A stretch of DNA of 10,612 bases from a virus (lineage: Duplodnaviria; Heunggongvirae; Uroviricota; Caudoviricetes): IMG/VR virus record IMGVR_UViG_3300029656_000140. One strand, 5' to 3'. Below are positions 7,014-10,612 of the stretch, in pieces. Under the pieces are notes generated by a model. The model searched no databases. It saw nothing but the letters and a program-made list of their open reading frames with translations, and was not told the DNA's origin. The translations under genes and the position numbers were made by a program. Within the stretch, counting starts at the first letter, position 1. Each line of letters starts with the position of its first letter.

Positions 7014-7092
7014 AAAAAAAGACCGAAACACATGAGATACAGGCCGCTGGCATTTACCAACGCTACACTTGCTTCTCTAATGTGTTTCGGTC
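7014..7092 (-). terminator. Long rod-like terminator/attenuator upstream of the XRE gene
   Basis: Perfect 13-bp basal stem GACCGAAACACAU/AUGUGUUUCGGUC, inner GAGA/UCUC and CGUUGGU/GCCAGCG, then U7. Confidence 0.7.
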
Positions 7093-7197
7093 CTTTAAGA
7101 TTGTATGTTCTTAAAAAGCCGTGTGTATCAGAACGATAACTGTCTTTCAACCCACAAACGAGCGCACTGCGACCTACATATCATTGACTTTGAAATA

Positions 7198-7223
7198 AGA
7201 ACCAAACTTATAACTGTGGTTCT
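7198..7223. repeat. 26-bp imperfect palindrome (operator-like)
   Basis: AGAACCA-AAC-TTATAA-CTG-TGGTTCT. Confidence 0.5.
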
Positions 7224-7410
7224 ATCATCATGAAATTAAATAATTTAAATCAACTCTATGTAAGGTGCTCTTCACACCGCTCGCCGATCCGCTATTCCTC
7301 CTACCATGCGAATCAGGCTGAAATCAAATTATCTTTCTGTACACCTCCTTATGACAAATTTGTTTTTATTCAACTTATTTATGGCACCACTATTCTTTGT
7401 GGTATCTTTT

Positions 7411-7439
7411 ATCATAGCAGATATCGTGTCAAGCGTAAA
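7411..7439 (-). promoter_or_regulatory. Sigma-A promoter candidate (leftward)
   Basis: TTTACG-17bp-TATGAT with a TG-n extension. Confidence 0.45.
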
Positions 7440-7576
7440 TAGCTTTTAGCAAATTTTGTCAAAAGGTTCAGAAACAGGTCGTCAGTTTGTGCGAAATGTC
7501 AATATCCATTCCCTGTTATCCGCAAAATCACTCGTATTTCGCACACGCCTATTGTGTAATTTTCCCCTGAAACGAC

Positions 7577-7623
7577 AAAAGGAGCCGAAGACCATGGTTT
7601 CTCAACCACAATCCTCGGCTCCT
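7577..7623 (-). terminator. GNRA-capped 20-bp terminator hairpin
   Basis: AGGAGCCGAGGAUUGUGGUU-GAGA-AACCAUGGUCUUCGGCUCCU-UUU; four G.U pairs that work only on the minus strand. Confidence 0.8.
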
Positions 7624-7645
7624 ATTAGCCCTTCATCAAATCCAA

Positions 7646-7879
7646 TTATCCGATGGTTATACTCTTTTTCACTTCGTAAACAGCCAGCCTTCCATCGCTG
7701 CGCCGTTTTACCTCGGCATTATTGCCCCTACTTGTAATCTCCCGGATGCTTTTCATGATGAGCACATCGTCATCAGCTGTACTTGCAGAAACGCTGTTAT
7801 GTGTTGCCGCCTTGCTTCCGAGCATCGCCTGTTTGCCTTTTGATTTGTAACTACCACATTCTGAAATCAATATGCTCAT
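7646..7879 (-). CDS. Small hypothetical protein with a basic C-terminal half (up to 77 aa; start uncertain)
   Basis: ATGA overlap with the upstream gene stop; C-terminus IREITSRGNNAEVKRRSDGRLAVYEVKKSI looks like a compact alpha/beta unit; followed directly by a terminator. Confidence 0.6.
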   Translation of the reverse strand: MSILISECGSYKSKGKQAMLGSKAATHNSVSASTADDDVLIMKSIREITSRGNNAEVKRRSDGRLAVYEVKKSITIG

Positions 7880-8775
7880 CTCCCCTCTTCCATCTTAAAA
7901 ACCGATTTTTCTGTTCCATCAATTCGCGGAATACAAAATTCGTCTTTCACACATCGGTTCACTGGATCAATCAGAATAAAAGAGAAATAATCTCTAATCT
8001 TACACCCAGCATAATACTCCCGCGCCTGCTCAATCATAACCGCATGGTTTACTACTACCGAAATCTTAATGCCACGCTCACGAGGGCTCTCCATATATGC
8101 CATCGCAAACAACTGATTCATCTTGCCAATTGTACCTCTACCAATTCCTGTTATATAAGACTTGCATTCAAACAGCCATGTATCAATGCCTTCTTGCAAA
8201 AGAGCATTTGTCCGAATTGCAAAATCAGCTCTGTACTGTTTGGTTCTTGGCCAGATCATATTTTCATAGGAAACCAGTTCTACAAAATAGCCGTTCATAA
8301 GGAATGCGTTCTGCAACGTTTCCCTGTAATTTTGCTCTAACATATATCCGGTAAGCGTCTTTGCTGCATTCCGTAAGAACATATTTGATGAATTTGGATC
8401 TGGCTCAGTATTCTGCTCTTCTGCGATATCCGCCAAGTCAAAAACAATCTGAGATGGAGAGACAACCGCCCCCTCTGTACCAGCAGGAACAAGTTTCACC
8501 ATTCCGTTGGCTGCCAACAGCTTCTCCAGTGTGACCCCACTGTTGGGATCCGCAGCCTTTGATATCGCCACCAGCACCTCGTCAGAACAGGCAGTTGTGT
8601 TCTTCATATTGATAATACGGGAGATCGTCGATGTGTTTACCCCGCACTCATTTGCAAAGTCATTCATCGACCGTTCTCCCTTTGCACTCAGAACCAACTG
8701 ACTCAACGCTTCCAGATCAGCATTTCCCGTTCGAATGTAATCAGGAAAAAGATTCGTTATCTTCTTTCTTCCCAT
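7876..8775 (-). CDS. XRE-like HTH fused to a PD-(D/E)XK nuclease-like domain (299 aa)
   Basis: N-terminal AKGERSMNDFANECGVNTSTISRIIN is HTH-like; C-terminal EQNYRETL...YRADFAI...WLFECKS fits E...D...ExK. Start reassigned to ATG 8775 (AGAGGAGG SD, own promoter). Confidence 0.7.
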   Translation of the reverse strand: MGRKKITNLFPDYIRTGNADLEALSQLVLSAKGERSMNDFANECGVNTSTISRIINMKNTTACSDEVLVAISKAADPNSGVTLEKLLAANGMVKLVPAGTEGAVVSPSQIVFDLADIAEEQNTEPDPNSSNMFLRNAAKTLTGYMLEQNYRETLQNAFLMNGYFVELVSYENMIWPRTKQYRADFAIRTNALLQEGIDTWLFECKSYITGIGRGTIGKMNQLFAMAYMESPRERGIKISVVVNHAVMIEQAREYYAGCKIRDYFSFILIDPVNRCVKDEFCIPRIDGTEKSVFKMEEGR

Positions 8776-8799
8776 CGGTGTCACACCTCCTCTGTTTAT

Positions 8800-8828
8800 A
8801 TAGTAGCACTGCATTGCATACTTGTCAA
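8800..8828 (-). promoter_or_regulatory. Sigma-A promoter of the HTH-nuclease gene
   Basis: TTGACA-17bp-TACTAT with a TG-n extension, just upstream of the SD. Confidence 0.75.
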
Positions 8829-8938
8829 TATCACGCAATGATTTTGTTCTATTGCTTTTGTTGCGTTTCTTGACTCGGAGTTACGTTTTAGTAAATCCAT
8901 GTTACAGCCACAGTTACAGTCCCTACCATAATAAAAAG

Positions 8939-9039
8939 GAACAGAAGTTCATTTCCCTATTGACTTCTACAACTTCTTATTGTATGATAGGAACAGAAGT
9001 TCACGAACTGTTGTTCTTAGTATACAGGAACAGTTGTTC
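8939..9039. promoter_or_regulatory. Four GAAC-N4-GTTC operator sites (Bacillota SOS/LexA-box pattern)
   Basis: 8939-8950 GAACAGAAGTTC, 8991-9002 GAACAGAAGTTC, 9005-9016 GAACTGTTGTTC, 9028-9039 GAACAGTTGTTC. Confidence 0.8.
8960..8988 (+). promoter_or_regulatory. Rightward sigma-A promoter for the XRE-ImmA operon
   Basis: TTGACT-17bp-TATGAT. Confidence 0.75.
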
Positions 9040-9047
9040 CTTGTCAA
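9019..9047 (-). promoter_or_regulatory. Leftward sigma-A promoter facing the rightward one
   Basis: TTGACA-17bp-TATACT; the spacer is filled by AGGAACAGTTGTTCCT. Confidence 0.75.
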
Positions 9048-9057
9048 GTAGCTTTAC

Positions 9058-9110
9058 AAAAAAATTGCTGCTTCTCACCGGCCACTTTCCCTTCCGGCAA
9101 AAAACAGCAA
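9058..9110 (-). terminator. Minus-strand intrinsic terminator within the 5' UTR of the rightward XRE gene
   Basis: UUGCUGUUUUUUGCCGG-12nt-CCGGUGAGAAGCAGCAA-U7: 17 bp with four G.U pairs, valid only on the minus strand. Confidence 0.6.
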
Positions 9111-9133
9111 AATATCCCACATGGAGGCATGAC

Positions 9134-9628
9134 ATGAAAAAAGATACGAACTTACTAGACACACAGGATGTCCGGGCTGAAGCATCCACCGCGCTTACAC
9201 CGAATGCGACCAACGGTGAAAAGATCAAAGCTCTGCGAACCGCACAAGGTATGAGCATGACCGAACTCTCCAGACGAGCATCCATGTCTGATCGTGCCAT
9301 TCGCTATATCGAAGCCGGAGAGCGCGAACCAAGCGTGGACGCAATCCAGAAGATTGCCGCTGCTCTTGGTGTCACGACCGACTACTTTATGGATGATGCC
9401 ACTTTCCAGAAGGAACTCAGCGATGACCAATTCTACGCTGATGTCCGTAAGAAGTATGGCTCCCGCGGTGTAGCGCAGGCAAAGAAAATAAAAGAACAGA
9501 CCTCTGCCCTTTTTGCAGGCGGTGAGCTGTCCGAAGAAGATCAGGCTAATTTTATTAAAGAAATGGAAGCTCTCTTCCTTGATGCAAAGGAAGAGGCAAA
9601 AAAGTTTACTCCTAAAAAATATCTGTGA
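9134..9628 (+). CDS. XRE family repressor (ImmR-like), 164 aa
   Basis: GEKIKALRTAQGMSMTELSRRASMSDRAIRYIEAGEREPSVDAIQKIAAALGVTTDYF; C-terminal ALFAGGELSEED...KKFTPKKY; GGAGG 6 nt before ATG 9134; adjacent to an ImmA-type peptidase. Confidence 0.92.
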   Translation: MKKDTNLLDTQDVRAEASTALTPNATNGEKIKALRTAQGMSMTELSRRASMSDRAIRYIEAGEREPSVDAIQKIAAALGVTTDYFMDDATFQKELSDDQFYADVRKKYGSRGVAQAKKIKEQTSALFAGGELSEEDQANFIKEMEALFLDAKEEAKKFTPKKYL

Positions 9629-9655
9629 TCAAATTGCAGAGGAAAGGAGTCGCTG

Positions 9656-10321
9656 TTGGACAACTTTGCTATTACTGCCGCCGACACTTTAAGCCGCCGA
9701 TACAAGAGCAATGACCCGGAAGCTATCATTGCCCAGCGCGCCATTAAAATCAAAGACATCAGATTCTGCGAAGAGCTCCTTGGTTTTTACACTGTACTTC
9801 TGAATTGTGAATACATCGGCATTAATCCAAACTGCTCAAAGCAACAACGCAGATCCGCATTGGCTCACGAACTTGGACACGCTATTTTTGACCGGAAACA
9901 TGCGGCATCCGGTCAGGCTTTCCAAGACACCTATTTTTATAGTCTCAGCAGCGCAAAGGCTGAACGAAGGGCGAATACATTTGCTGCTGAACTGCTGCTA
10001 TCAGACGATGATGTGCTGAAACCAATCGGCTTCTATGAATTTAATGCCGACAGGCTTCAGATGGAGGCTTCTCTTCCAACTCACTGTTCCAGCACATATC
10101 GCGCCTTGAAATACCATGAGCTTCTGCAGGACTTTCAGTATTCGCATCCAGGATTCGCCACCCTTGAGGAAATCGCACAGACGGCCGGAATTGAAAAACA
10201 CTTCGTTGATTTTAAGCTGAACATTCTTACTGCAAAAGGGTATCAGCTTCCTGCTGTGCCAGAACTTCAGAGCAACTTTCTGAAGAATTCCATGAAGAAT
10301 TGCTCTAAATATTACGATTAA
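9656..10321 (+). CDS. ImmA/IrrE family Zn metallo-endopeptidase (anti-repressor), 221 aa
   Basis: IGINPN..QQRRSALAHELGH (HExxH), AERRANTFAAELLL; TTG start with AAGGAG SD. Confidence 0.92.
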   Translation: MDNFAITAADTLSRRYKSNDPEAIIAQRAIKIKDIRFCEELLGFYTVLLNCEYIGINPNCSKQQRRSALAHELGHAIFDRKHAASGQAFQDTYFYSLSSAKAERRANTFAAELLLSDDDVLKPIGFYEFNADRLQMEASLPTHCSSTYRALKYHELLQDFQYSHPGFATLEEIAQTAGIEKHFVDFKLNILTAKGYQLPAVPELQSNFLKNSMKNCSKYYD

Positions 10322-10339
10322 ACATGGAGGTGACTGCTT

Positions 10340-10612
10340 ATGACAAAAGAACGCGTCTATGTAAAAGTCGATTCCACATTCGACCCAACCGGTTTTATGC
10401 AGCCGACATCGATCACCTGGTCGGATGGACGTACCTTCCCAATCGAAACAGTGCGCGACTTCCGCCCCGCCGGGACTGCTGATAATGGTTACTCCGGAGA
10501 CTGTTTCACTGTCCTGATCCAAGGACAGGAGAAGCACCTGTTCTTTGAACACATCGACCCTCGCTTCACCGGACGGCTTGGCCGCTGGTATGTGGAGCGG
10601 ACGGCACAATAA
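10340..10612 (+). CDS. Hypothetical 90-aa beta-rich protein of a type I recall next to Y-family (DinB/UmuC) polymerase genes in Clostridia
   Basis: GGAGGT SD; VYVKV..F...G.MQP.SITWSDGR.F.I..V, FTVLIQGQEKHLFFE, RWYVE pattern. The gene call is solid; the association is from memory and unverified. Confidence 0.75.
   Translation: MTKERVYVKVDSTFDPTGFMQPTSITWSDGRTFPIETVRDFRPAGTADNGYSGDCFTVLIQGQEKHLFFEHIDPRFTGRLGRWYVERTAQ

Larger units (their letters stand above)
1..10612. mobile_element. Internal segment of a prophage / phage-like integrative element (replication plus regulatory modules); boundaries outside the window
   Basis: DUF2800-DUF2815-PolA gene order typical of Bacillota temperate phages, plus a sigma70-R4 regulator and an XRE-ImmA pair. 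No att site, integrase or virion genes seen. Confidence 0.8.

Noticed and set aside
7230..8340. Plus-strand ORFs 7230-7442, 7456-7737 and 7783-8340
   Set aside because: No SD or recognisable domain; they overlap regulatory elements or minus-strand genes.
8937..9041. GAAC...GTTC repeats as a mini CRISPR array or iterons
   Set aside because: Only 12-15 bp, palindromic, irregularly spaced (52, 14 and 23 bp) and positioned on promoter elements, so they fit operators better.
8822..9133. 104-aa N-terminal extension of the XRE repressor
   Set aside because: Spans promoters and operators; GGAGG-ATG at 9134 is the credible start.
9001..10609. Minus-strand ORFs 9001-9300, 9155-9430, 9541-9759 and 10001-10609
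   Set aside because: Antisense to clear genes, with no motifs or SDs.

Overview
Part of an integrated prophage or phage-like mobile element from a Bacillota (Clostridia-like) host; no structural, integrase, tRNA/rRNA or CRISPR genes are visible. The left 6.2 kb is a leftward replication operon: sigma70-region-4 protein -> DUF4406/NDT-like protein -> two acidic hypotheticals -> DUF2800 Cas4-like nuclease -> DUF2815 SSB -> family A DNA polymerase. The polymerase is missed by the ORF track because it runs off the left edge. The visibly more AT-rich middle (about 6.4-9.1 kb) is regulatory: an XRE protein, a small ORF with a basic C-terminal half, an XRE-HTH/PD-(D/E)XK fusion, several long minus-strand RNA hairpins with U-tracts, palindromic operators and sigma-A promoters. 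The right end is a rightward XRE (ImmR-like) - ImmA/IrrE metallopeptidase - 90 aa beta-rich protein cassette. The two strongest unexplained signals are (i) a structured leader of the sigma gene in which a 119-nt rod hides the SD and AUG of an unannotated 44-codon uORF that is ATGA-coupled to the sigma start, and (ii) a face-to-face promoter pair covered by four GAAC-N4-GTTC (SOS-box-like) sites. Family assignments come from motif recognition, not database searches.
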